Source of the DNA: a virus
Taxonomy: Duplodnaviria; Caudoviricetes
IMG/VR virus record: IMGVR_UViG_3300047272_000248
Span: 1 to 44,081 of that record
DNA: 44,081 nt
Strand: one strand, 5' to 3'
Shown: piece after piece, positions 36,226-44,081 of the stretch
Layout of the letters: each line of letters begins with the position of its first letter
Position numbering within the stretch: the first letter of the stretch is position 1
Position numbers and translations under genes: made by a program
Notes under the pieces: model-generated
Databases searched by the model: none
What the model was told of the DNA's origin: nothing
Seen by the model: the letters and a program-made list of their open reading frames with translations, nothing else

Positions 36226-37835
36226 TGCCCAGTGAAGTTGTCAGAGACGGAGACCTAGGATTTGTCGGGCTTAACAGCCGTGACAATCCTTCTGCATTGC
36301 CTAAAGGCGTTGTGTCTCAGTCTCAGAACTTCAGGCTGGATAGAGGTGTAGCCACCGTCAGAAAGGGGCTACAGCGTAAGACATCCATTGCCCTTGTCGG
36401 GCAACAGGTCTACGGAAGTGGCTCGTACATCAACGGTACAGGTCAGGAGATTTTTATAGTAGTAGTTACTGACGGTCTCTACTCTTATAATCCGCAAACA
36501 GAGATTTTGTCTGCCAAGGTTAACTTCCCTGTTGGAGAAACTATCACCACACAGGACGGTTGTGATGTGATTCAAGCCGTAGACAAGGTGTATATCTCCA
36601 GAGGGTTCTCTAAGAGACCTCTGGTGTGGGATATGATTACAAGCGTTACAGCGTTGGCTACAAGTGGCACTGGTGTAGAGTTTCCTAACTGTTCATCGGT
36701 TATGTACTACGCCAATAGACTTGTTGCTATCGGCAAGCATCACGGTGAAACAAACACGGCTAGAAACCGTGACACAGTTTCAGTAAGCAATTATTTAGAG
36801 CCTAACCACTGGGACGCTCTTGATGCGTTCACATTCAACGAAGGTGGCAACGATGAGGTTGTTTCTGTCGCTCCTTGGACTCTTAACGAGTTCTTGGTTT
36901 TGATGCGTAATAGCATCTTTTATGTGAATATTGGTCTTGGCAGGTACGGAGAAAGCGACCCTCTTGGTGCAACATCGTTCATTAAGACGCTTGTTACGGA
37001 CATTGGTTGCTCCGCCAAGAAAAGCGTTGTTCAGGCTAACGGTGGAGTAATCTTTCTCTCTGACAACGGTGTCTACTTCCTTACCCCTCAGGCCGTAGGC
37101 TCTAACGAGTCCGTTAGACTTCTTACTGTTGCTGACCCGATGTCTTCTCCGATTGACGATGTCATCCAGAGAATCAACAGACAGTATGTACATAGAGCCG
37201 TGGCTACATACTGGAATAACAGGTACTACCTTGCCGTTCCTTTGGACAACTCTCAGGACAATAACGCCATCTTGGTCTACAACTTCATCCTTAAGGCGTG
37301 GGAGTCTGTTGACACTTACCCTGCTGGTTTTGATGTGCTTTCTTTCCTCGTAGGTAAGAAGGACAACCAGCGTAGGCTCTATGCTATGGATGGAGACCAA
37401 GGCTTCTTCCTGATGGAGCAACTGAACTGGGATGAATATGGCCCTAGCACAGGAACGCCTATCCTTCCGTTCTTTATTCCTACAACGCTTAGTCCTTCTG
37501 CCTTTACTCCTAACCAGATTAACGGAATCCTTAAAACAAGAAGGTACACATTTGACAGCATTGGCGACAAGCGGTTCAGCACATCAGAAGTAGAAATGGT
37601 CTGTGATGCTGGGAGTCAGGTTGAAACAACCATCGAGGTGTACAACCCAGATGTTGTTAGCGTCACAGATAAATTTGGAGTGGCTGTCACTGAAGACTCT
37701 GCAAGGCGTGTTCCTATCCGAAAGATTGGCACAGGAATTCAACTCAAGTTTACTACTACAAATCTTAGACCTTCTATCAGGTCTGCGTACATCTACGCTA
37801 TTAACCAGTTTAAGAATAATCAAAGCAAAAAATAA
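36225..37835 (+). CDS. Tail nozzle / tubular protein B-like beta-propeller protein
   Basis: 536 aa, beta-rich; GFVGLNSR N-terminus, IGCSAKKSV, FLSDNGVY; podovirus position. Confidence 0.72.
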   Translation: MPSEVVRDGDLGFVGLNSRDNPSALPKGVVSQSQNFRLDRGVATVRKGLQRKTSIALVGQQVYGSGSYINGTGQEIFIVVVTDGLYSYNPQTEILSAKVNFPVGETITTQDGCDVIQAVDKVYISRGFSKRPLVWDMITSVTALATSGTGVEFPNCSSVMYYANRLVAIGKHHGETNTARNRDTVSVSNYLEPNHWDALDAFTFNEGGNDEVVSVAPWTLNEFLVLMRNSIFYVNIGLGRYGESDPLGATSFIKTLVTDIGCSAKKSVVQANGGVIFLSDNGVYFLTPQAVGSNESVRLLTVADPMSSPIDDVIQRINRQYVHRAVATYWNNRYYLAVPLDNSQDNNAILVYNFILKAWESVDTYPAGFDVLSFLVGKKDNQRRLYAMDGDQGFFLMEQLNWDEYGPSTGTPILPFFIPTTLSPSAFTPNQINGILKTRRYTFDSIGDKRFSTSEVEMVCDAGSQVETTIEVYNPDVVSVTDKFGVAVTEDSARRVPIRKIGTGIQLKFTTTNLRPSIRSAYIYAINQFKNNQSKK

Positions 37836-37837
37836 CT

Positions 37838-38812
37838 ATGGCACAAATTCAAAAAGGTGACACCTTCACAAACGGTCAACAGGTTGACGCTACACGACTC
37901 AACCAACTCGTAGACTCTTCAGTCCTACTTGTAGGTGCTATCGTTGAACAGCCTAACATTACTCCTAACACACTAGAAGCCACAGATAGCACTCTTGTTA
38001 ATGATGGAGGTGTCCTCAAGGAAGCCACGATTGGAGACATTTTGAATTCTAACCTTCCTGTCAGAACTTCGTCTATTACTGGTGGTGTTGGTACGGATAT
38101 TGTAATTACTCCTAATGTCGGCAATAAGGTTGATGTTGCTGGCAACGCTGAAGTTGATGACCTTACAGTTACAGATGACCTAACCGTTGGCGGTGACGCT
38201 GGCGTGACTGGAAATCTTTCTGTCACAGGAACTTCTATTCTAAATGGAAATGTGACTGCTAATGGAAATGTAAGCGTCTCTGGCAGTTTGTCTTCTGGTG
38301 GCATTCCAGTCCAGAAACAGGTAGGTCTTGCGTTCCTAACAAGAGAACTTACAGCAGGACAACAGTATTTCCTTACTCCCGCTGGAACTTGGAATGACCT
38401 TCCTTATAATACGCTGATTCAAGTTGGTTCGTTTGTTGTAAATGCATCTGCGTTTACCAATGTTCTTTCTAGTGCTGGTTCTAGTGTTATTACCCTTCCT
38501 GTCGGCACTTATATGCTTGATGCTGAGTTGTCTATTCAGTCTCAGGGTGGTGGTGCTGAAATGACACTAAGAATTTTCAATCAAACTGCTTCTACTGTTA
38601 TTAAGAACGGAAGACAAACCACTTGTAATTCTTATGTAAACTCTAGGTCTATGGTTTCTGCATTGTTTACATTAACTGTTGAAACACAGATTAAAGTTCA
38701 GTACTTTTGTAATCAAGTTGCCTATACCAATTATCCTAACAACCAGATTGGTGCTCCAGCCCCTACCCCAAGTGAAGTAGTGTTTACAGCCAAGATTATG
38801 AGGCTTGTTTAA
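37838..38812 (+). CDS. Tail fibre protein
   Basis: VDATRLNQL N-terminal anchor, LTVTGN-type repeats, beta-sandwich-like C-terminus. Confidence 0.72.
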   Translation: MAQIQKGDTFTNGQQVDATRLNQLVDSSVLLVGAIVEQPNITPNTLEATDSTLVNDGGVLKEATIGDILNSNLPVRTSSITGGVGTDIVITPNVGNKVDVAGNAEVDDLTVTDDLTVGGDAGVTGNLSVTGTSILNGNVTANGNVSVSGSLSSGGIPVQKQVGLAFLTRELTAGQQYFLTPAGTWNDLPYNTLIQVGSFVVNASAFTNVLSSAGSSVITLPVGTYMLDAELSIQSQGGGAEMTLRIFNQTASTVIKNGRQTTCNSYVNSRSMVSALFTLTVETQIKVQYFCNQVAYTNYPNNQIGAPAPTPSEVVFTAKIMRLV

Positions 38813-39243
38813 TGTTACTGTCTAATGTCGTTAGTTTTATAAAAGAAAACCGACATAAAGGCAGAAGAGAGGCGTTTGGGTTTGAGGGAGATACCCTTAA
38901 GATGTACCTGACTTGGGCTTTCTCTTTTGAATATCTGTTTCTGGTTTTTGATAACAATGAAATTGTAGGCGTTGGAGTTGCTTACCCGCTAAAAAGGCCT
39001 TTTAATGGAGACAAGTTTACGCTGTTTGTGTTCAACGACATCGTACCAAAGACAGAAGAGCATAAGCACGAACTGTGTATTATGGACTGGGTAGCGACTA
39101 CGGACGAAGCCAGAAATACGCTTGTAAAAAACTTCAAGAAACGATACCCAAACTGGGAGAACCAAAAGAAATGGGGACTTCAGTTTGAAGAAGTAAAAGA
39201 AATCTCAAATAAATACATCAACCTTCTAAACAAAATTTCCTAA
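38812..39243 (+). CDS. GNAT-fold-like protein (T7 gp13-like position)
   Basis: LFLVFDNNEIVGVGVAY; located just before the ejection genes. Confidence 0.45.
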   Translation: MLLSNVVSFIKENRHKGRREAFGFEGDTLKMYLTWAFSFEYLFLVFDNNEIVGVGVAYPLKRPFNGDKFTLFVFNDIVPKTEEHKHELCIMDWVATTDEARNTLVKNFKKRYPNWENQKKWGLQFEEVKEISNKYINLLNKIS

Positions 39244-40067
39244 TGGGTTCTAAAGTCAAAACACCACCCCCCAGAGACCCTTACACAGAGATGAAGGGTG
39301 CGATGGACGCACAGTACAGGCTCGCCCCTGACATCATTGCCAAGGAGCGTGAGTTAGTTCCTCAACTCCAGCAACTCCAACTGGAGCAACTGAAGGCTCA
39401 GGCTGGTAATCTTCAGTCGTTCTATGGTAGCGTTATGGGTGACAGTGCCAACCTGCTGAAGCAGTACGGCTCTACCTTTACTGACGCTCTTTCTCCTATC
39501 GCAAGAGGTGCTCGTAGCACATACGAGCAGTCCCTTGGTGGCGGTGAGCGTATTCAGAACCTGTTGCGTGGTCAGGCTGAGTCCGACCTTTCGTTTGGTA
39601 TGGGTCTTACTCCTGAGATGGAGCGTGAGGCCACACAGAGAGCCAGAGCAGGTATGGGTGCTCGTGGCCTTATGAACACAAACCTTGGTGTTGGTGCTGA
39701 AATCCTTGGGGGCTACAAGATGGGTATGGACAGACAGGATAGAGCCAGAACATTCGCTGGACAGGTGCTTAACAACGATGTCACGATGGCTGGAAATGCG
39801 TACACTCAGTACGGCTCTCCGCTTGTTTCTAGCGGTCTTCAGGGCTTTAGTCCTACTGGTCTGGCTCAGAGTTCTATGACGAGTATGCAGAACCTTGGCC
39901 CGACATACCTTCAGCCTGAATCTCAGTTCTACTCTAACATTATGGCTGGTAACCAGAATATGCAGTTGCAGGCCGCTATTGCCAACGCACAGGCCAAGAA
40001 CTCTATGATTACTGGTGCTATGTCGATGTTCGGTAACATCGGTCAGGGAGCATTTAAAGTATCGTAA
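39243..40067 (+). CDS. Internal virion / DNA ejection protein
   Basis: MGS...PPP N-terminus; Q/G/A/M-rich; amphipathic C-terminus. Confidence 0.65.
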   Translation: MGSKVKTPPPRDPYTEMKGAMDAQYRLAPDIIAKERELVPQLQQLQLEQLKAQAGNLQSFYGSVMGDSANLLKQYGSTFTDALSPIARGARSTYEQSLGGGERIQNLLRGQAESDLSFGMGLTPEMEREATQRARAGMGARGLMNTNLGVGAEILGGYKMGMDRQDRARTFAGQVLNNDVTMAGNAYTQYGSPLVSSGLQGFSPTGLAQSSMTSMQNLGPTYLQPESQFYSNIMAGNQNMQLQAAIANAQAKNSMITGAMSMFGNIGQGAFKVS

Positions 40068-40072
40068 ACACA

Positions 40073-42058
40073 ATGGCTTCTCCATTCCAAAAGTATCAGA
40101 GCGAGCAGGTTCAACAGATTAACATCCTGCCTTATACACAGGCGATGGCTGACCAGACGCAGAAGGCGATGGCTGGCCTTGGTGCGAACATTGGTGAATC
40201 TATCAAGAAGTACCAGCAGTCGAAGGAAGAGCGTGAGCAGATGGCTCAGGTGGCTGGTGGAGTGATTGGTGAGTATATGGAGACGGTGATGGATGCGGAG
40301 TCTCAGGACGATGTCACAAGACTTAAGGAGACCGCCCCTGCACACATCAAAGACCTGTATAAGAAGGCTGAAAAGCAGGGCAATGGAGACTGGGTTGCTG
40401 GCCTTGGTGGTCTGGCTAACACTGACTTTAAGGCTTGGGCTACGCTTCAGACTAAGTATGAAAGCGATGAAAAAATCCGCTATCAAAAGCAGACTGACGC
40501 TGAAAAACTGAAGATTGACCAGTATAACGCTGACACGGCTAGAAAAAACGCTGAGGCAAACCTTAGGCAAATCAAGATTGCTGAGGCAAACCAGAGACAA
40601 AAGGAAGCGGAAGTTGAAGAGGCTAAGCGTAATGCCAGCCTGATTCGTGACATCCAGAATGTAGATACTCCTGCAAGCCAGACCATCGTAGACATCAAGA
40701 GCAGGGTTGAACCTACTGGAGACCTGTTTGACATCAACGGTGAAGTCATCGCAAGCAATGTTGAAGTTCGTGACCTAGAGGCAGACCTTGGCGTTAAGAT
40801 TGTCCCTGAGACTGATGTGCCTAAACTGCTTAAGGAGCAGGAGGCGTTCCCTGCTATTGCCACAGGAAGATGGCTGGCTGGCAGTGACAAGTTTGATGTA
40901 AACGCAGACTTCTCTACCGCTAGAAAGCAAGACCCTATGGCTACGGATTCGTTCATCCGTAGAACATTCAAGCAAGCGTCTATGGTAGACCCTAGCCTGA
41001 AGGACAACAAGGGTGTCACAAGGTTCTTCCAGCGTGGTAGTTTTGACAGCCCCCTCATTGACGATGAGGCTCTAAAGACCAGTGCCTACCAACTGGCACA
41101 GAAACTTGCTACAAGCCCAGATATGCAGTCTTGGGCTAAGACCAACAAAGTGCCTCTCGTTCCTCCTAACGCTATGGTTAGAAGGGCTTATGTTAAGGTT
41201 ACTGGTCAGGATGTAAGAGAAGAGAGAACTCTCCGTCAGGTAGACATTCACCCTGAACAGCAGGAGCGTAATCGTTTTGAGTCGTTCAGAGCCAGTTACG
41301 AGCGTGGCGGAAAACAGAAACTTCCGTGGTCGTGGGAGATGTACAGAGCCTTGAACTCCCAGAGATTCTTCCCTCGTACTTATGCACCCGATGGTACTCC
41401 CCTGCTAACCATTGGTAACAAGGTTATCCCTGAGTCGCAGGTTGGCACATTTGGTAGCGAAGGCCCACCCGCTGGAAGAGAAGCACCCCTTGAAGAAGTT
41501 CAGGCCAACAACTGGCTTGGTCAGTTTAACAAGCCTGTAAAGGTTGGTAACGAGGTGTGGCAGTTCAACGGTGGTGTCAGACAGTGGAAGGGCAACTTCA
41601 ACCTGTCCTTTAAGACTCTGGAAACAGGTATGCAGGATATGCTTAGAATCAACGACATTGCCGACAAGATGATTACTATGCAGAAGACTGCTAACGGCTT
41701 CACAAAGGTTCTTAGTCCGAGTTGGCAGAAGGATTACGACAACCTTAACCGTCAGGCTCAGACCTATCGTAGATACTTCATCGCCACAGGTCAGGAAACA
41801 GAACCTGATAATGCACGACTTGCAGACATCCTTGCCGACAGAGAATTGTTCGATGCTCTCGACCCTGAGAGAAAGATTCGTGTCATCGAAGCGTTTAAGG
41901 AAATCGTTGCGTCTAAGGTCAGAGGAACATTCCAGTCTGGTGGTGGTATCGTGAAGTCCGCCCCGACAACAAAGACTGATATTAAGGCACTTGCCAACGA
42001 GGCTGGTGGTCGCACATTTGAAGAACTTCAAAAGAAGTACGGTGAACCTAAGAAATAA
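40073..42058 (+). CDS. Internal virion / DNA ejection protein
   Basis: 661 aa; GLGANIGESIKKY N-terminus and coiled coil; second of three ejection genes. Confidence 0.6.
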   Translation: MASPFQKYQSEQVQQINILPYTQAMADQTQKAMAGLGANIGESIKKYQQSKEEREQMAQVAGGVIGEYMETVMDAESQDDVTRLKETAPAHIKDLYKKAEKQGNGDWVAGLGGLANTDFKAWATLQTKYESDEKIRYQKQTDAEKLKIDQYNADTARKNAEANLRQIKIAEANQRQKEAEVEEAKRNASLIRDIQNVDTPASQTIVDIKSRVEPTGDLFDINGEVIASNVEVRDLEADLGVKIVPETDVPKLLKEQEAFPAIATGRWLAGSDKFDVNADFSTARKQDPMATDSFIRRTFKQASMVDPSLKDNKGVTRFFQRGSFDSPLIDDEALKTSAYQLAQKLATSPDMQSWAKTNKVPLVPPNAMVRRAYVKVTGQDVREERTLRQVDIHPEQQERNRFESFRASYERGGKQKLPWSWEMYRALNSQRFFPRTYAPDGTPLLTIGNKVIPESQVGTFGSEGPPAGREAPLEEVQANNWLGQFNKPVKVGNEVWQFNGGVRQWKGNFNLSFKTLETGMQDMLRINDIADKMITMQKTANGFTKVLSPSWQKDYDNLNRQAQTYRRYFIATGQETEPDNARLADILADRELFDALDPERKIRVIEAFKEIVASKVRGTFQSGGGIVKSAPTTKTDIKALANEAGGRTFEELQKKYGEPKK

Positions 42059-44081
42059 TGTCTAACGAACTTACTTACTCCAATGAACAGGAACTTCAGG
42101 CTCTCGCTAAAAAGCACGGCCTGATTATCCCTGCTACCAAGCAGGTTGAGAATCCTGAACAACCTCTAGAAGATGTCATTCCTACGGAGGAGGAACAGTT
42201 AGCACAGTTGACGGCAGATGAGCGTGGAGCACTGGTAGCCGAGAAGATTGCTCGCTTTGCCCCTCACGGCTATAAGCCCACATTCCAAGAGGCGATGGAC
42301 TATCGCCCTTACATTAAGAAACAGGAAACCAATGCTTGGACTTCTATTGGCACTGCGATGATGCAGACCGCTGAAGACCTTGGAGTTGGTGCGTATGAAC
42401 TGGCTGGAGACGCTGTAACGCTCAAAGTTCCTAAGGTTGTTGGCTCTGTCATCGAAGGGGCCGCAGTTGGCACTAAGAGTTGGATGTATATGTATGAAGA
42501 GGCTCAGTACAACGAGGACTCCTTCCTGCATAAACTGTTGTTTGACACGAACAGAAGTGACGAAGAGTACTACTTCAACCTGCTTAAGGCTCTTGAAGCC
42601 AGACAGGCTATGGAGAAAGACCAGAAGGAAGGCGTGTTGCTTCCTCGTGAGATTGAAATCGGTGGCACTAAACTAGACCTGTGGAATCCTGCCGTCGTGC
42701 AGGGTATCTCGTATGTTGCAGACCCTTCTTGGGTTGCTCCTAACCTTGGTATTGAATCTACGATTGCTAAGGGACTTCGTAGTGCCAGCACTGCCATCAA
42801 TATCGCAGACCACCTTACACAGGCTGGTATGTGGGCTTCTAAAAAGGCTGAAATTGGTGCTGGTAAGTTCGCTGAAGGTGCTTCGAAGGTGTCAAACACA
42901 ATCGTTGCGGTTGAAGATGACCTCCTTAGACGCATCAAGGAAACCGTTGGTGTTGATGCGTTCATCGGCAGGGCTGGTGAAGTCGTTGACAAGAACGACC
43001 TTGGTCGTGGTGCTATGTATTCTGCTGGCCTCAACAATGTCAAAATCCCTGCTTGGGGTTTCACGACACTGACTTGGGGTGTAACCAAGATTGCTGAGGT
43101 CGGTGCTAGAACCGTTGAACTTGGTGCTAAACTTTCAAGCGAAGCCCCGAAGTTTGGTGGTATGAGACTGTCCGAGCGTATGGCTATGGAGTCCACCAAC
43201 CCTACGGTTCGTGCTCTGTCGGGTACTTGGGCTAAGACAGGCTCTCCTTTGGTCGAGTGGGCTGGTAACTCGCTGAACACATCGTTGCACTCTGGTATGT
43301 ACGGTGGTGCGTTCGGCTTTATGTTCGGTGGAGAAGAAGGCTTCTACAACGGCATCGGTTCTGGCTTTGTCATCGGTGGTGCGTTCCACCAGATTGGTGC
43401 GATGCACAATGCTGTCTCTGGTGGCGATGCTCCTAGAGATGTGCAGAAGAATTTCCTGTGGGCTACCAGCCACTACGACTACCACAATCAGGAAGGCACA
43501 TTCAGACTGCTGGAGAATGTAGCCAAGGAAGGCGGAGACGAAGCAAGACTGTCCGTTATGGCGGATATCGCTGCATCTGAACGACTTCAGCGTGATGTTA
43601 AGCGTCTCATCCTTACGGAAGACAAGATTCGTAAGATGATGACGGACGAAGAGTGGAATGCCTACGAGCGTGAGATGCTCAACCACTCTGACGAGTGGGG
43701 TGGCGTTGCGTTCAGACAGTCCCTCAACGGTCAGAAGGTTACCATCATCAACGCTGACCGAGCCACAAAGTCTGCGGTCAAGGAAGAACTGTTCCACACC
43801 CTTATGATGGACGAGCGTTACGGTGCTTCGTTCCACCGTGAGGCTATCCACTCCCTTATCGGTACAGAAGACGACAAGGGTGCTCTGTATAGAATGCCTA
43901 AGAACGATGCGGTCAGACTGCTTGAGTCGTTCAAGGATGCCTACCTCAGCCTTGAAAGCGATGTCACAGCCAAGGTCGGTGGTGACGAGAACTACATCGG
44001 CTCTGTCCGACAGGAGTGGGAAAGCGTCATCGATAACTTCAAGAACGATGTTCCTGACGGCAAACTGTCCAAGTTGTACGA
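42058..44081 (+). CDS. N-terminal part of the giant polyvalent/ejection protein (runs off the end, continues at nt 2)
   Basis: TAATG-coupled ATG at 42058; open to the end; Gly-rich hydrophobic segment and an IINAD...KEELFH zincin-like motif; missing from the ORF track. Confidence 0.88.
   Translation, partial: MSNELTYSNEQELQALAKKHGLIIPATKQVENPEQPLEDVIPTEEEQLAQLTADERGALVAEKIARFAPHGYKPTFQEAMDYRPYIKKQETNAWTSIGTAMMQTAEDLGVGAYELAGDAVTLKVPKVVGSVIEGAAVGTKSWMYMYEEAQYNEDSFLHKLLFDTNRSDEEYYFNLLKALEARQAMEKDQKEGVLLPREIEIGGTKLDLWNPAVVQGISYVADPSWVAPNLGIESTIAKGLRSASTAINIADHLTQAGMWASKKAEIGAGKFAEGASKVSNTIVAVEDDLLRRIKETVGVDAFIGRAGEVVDKNDLGRGAMYSAGLNNVKIPAWGFTTLTWGVTKIAEVGARTVELGAKLSSEAPKFGGMRLSERMAMESTNPTVRALSGTWAKTGSPLVEWAGNSLNTSLHSGMYGGAFGFMFGGEEGFYNGIGSGFVIGGAFHQIGAMHNAVSGGDAPRDVQKNFLWATSHYDYHNQEGTFRLLENVAKEGGDEARLSVMADIAASERLQRDVKRLILTEDKIRKMMTDEEWNAYEREMLNHSDEWGGVAFRQSLNGQKVTIINADRATKSAVKEELFHTLMMDERYGASFHREAIHSLIGTEDDKGALYRMPKNDAVRLLESFKDAYLSLESDVTAKVGGDENYIGSVRQEWESVIDNFKNDVPDGKLSKLY
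43908..44081. repeat. Terminal direct repeat, right copy
   Basis: Matches 1-174 with one substitution. Confidence 0.97.

Noticed and set aside
1-44081. Stop-codon reassignment, since TAG stops appear rare
   Set aside because: Genes are intact and densely packed under the standard code, and there is no suppressor tRNA

Overview
Apparently complete, circularly permuted genome (about 43,907 bp unit length; 174-bp terminal overlap with one mismatch) of a podovirus-like tailed dsDNA phage, probably of a diderm host. Three blocks: (i) a + strand packaging, structural and lysis operon (24.8 kb to the end, wrapping to 10.1 kb) with TerL, portal, scaffold, major capsid, tail adaptor and nozzle, fibre, ejection proteins, a ~3,685-aa giant protein split by the window edge, a holin and a spanin-like lipoprotein; (ii) a - strand replication and recombination operon (18.0 to 10.1 kb) with RusA, RecE-like nuclease, initiator, DnaC-like loader, ERF, a signal-peptide lysozyme, a metallophosphoesterase and tRNAs; (iii) a + strand early region (18.0-24.5 kb) with twin promoters, GP88-like, DUF932, an acidic DNA-mimic-like protein and small ORFs. 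I recognise no integrase, DNA polymerase or CRISPR array. Three tRNAs are present (Ala-UGC, Arg-UCU, Thr-UGU). The most unusual signals are a 125-nt CCA-ending tRNA-like RNA with a second D/T-arm module in place of its anticodon loop, a ~230-nt structured RNA behind tRNA-Ala, a second inverted copy of the iteron origin outside the initiator gene, two loop-E-like leader hairpins, and strong palindrome avoidance that relaxes in one small region. All calls are by-eye motif and pairing analysis; no searches were run.
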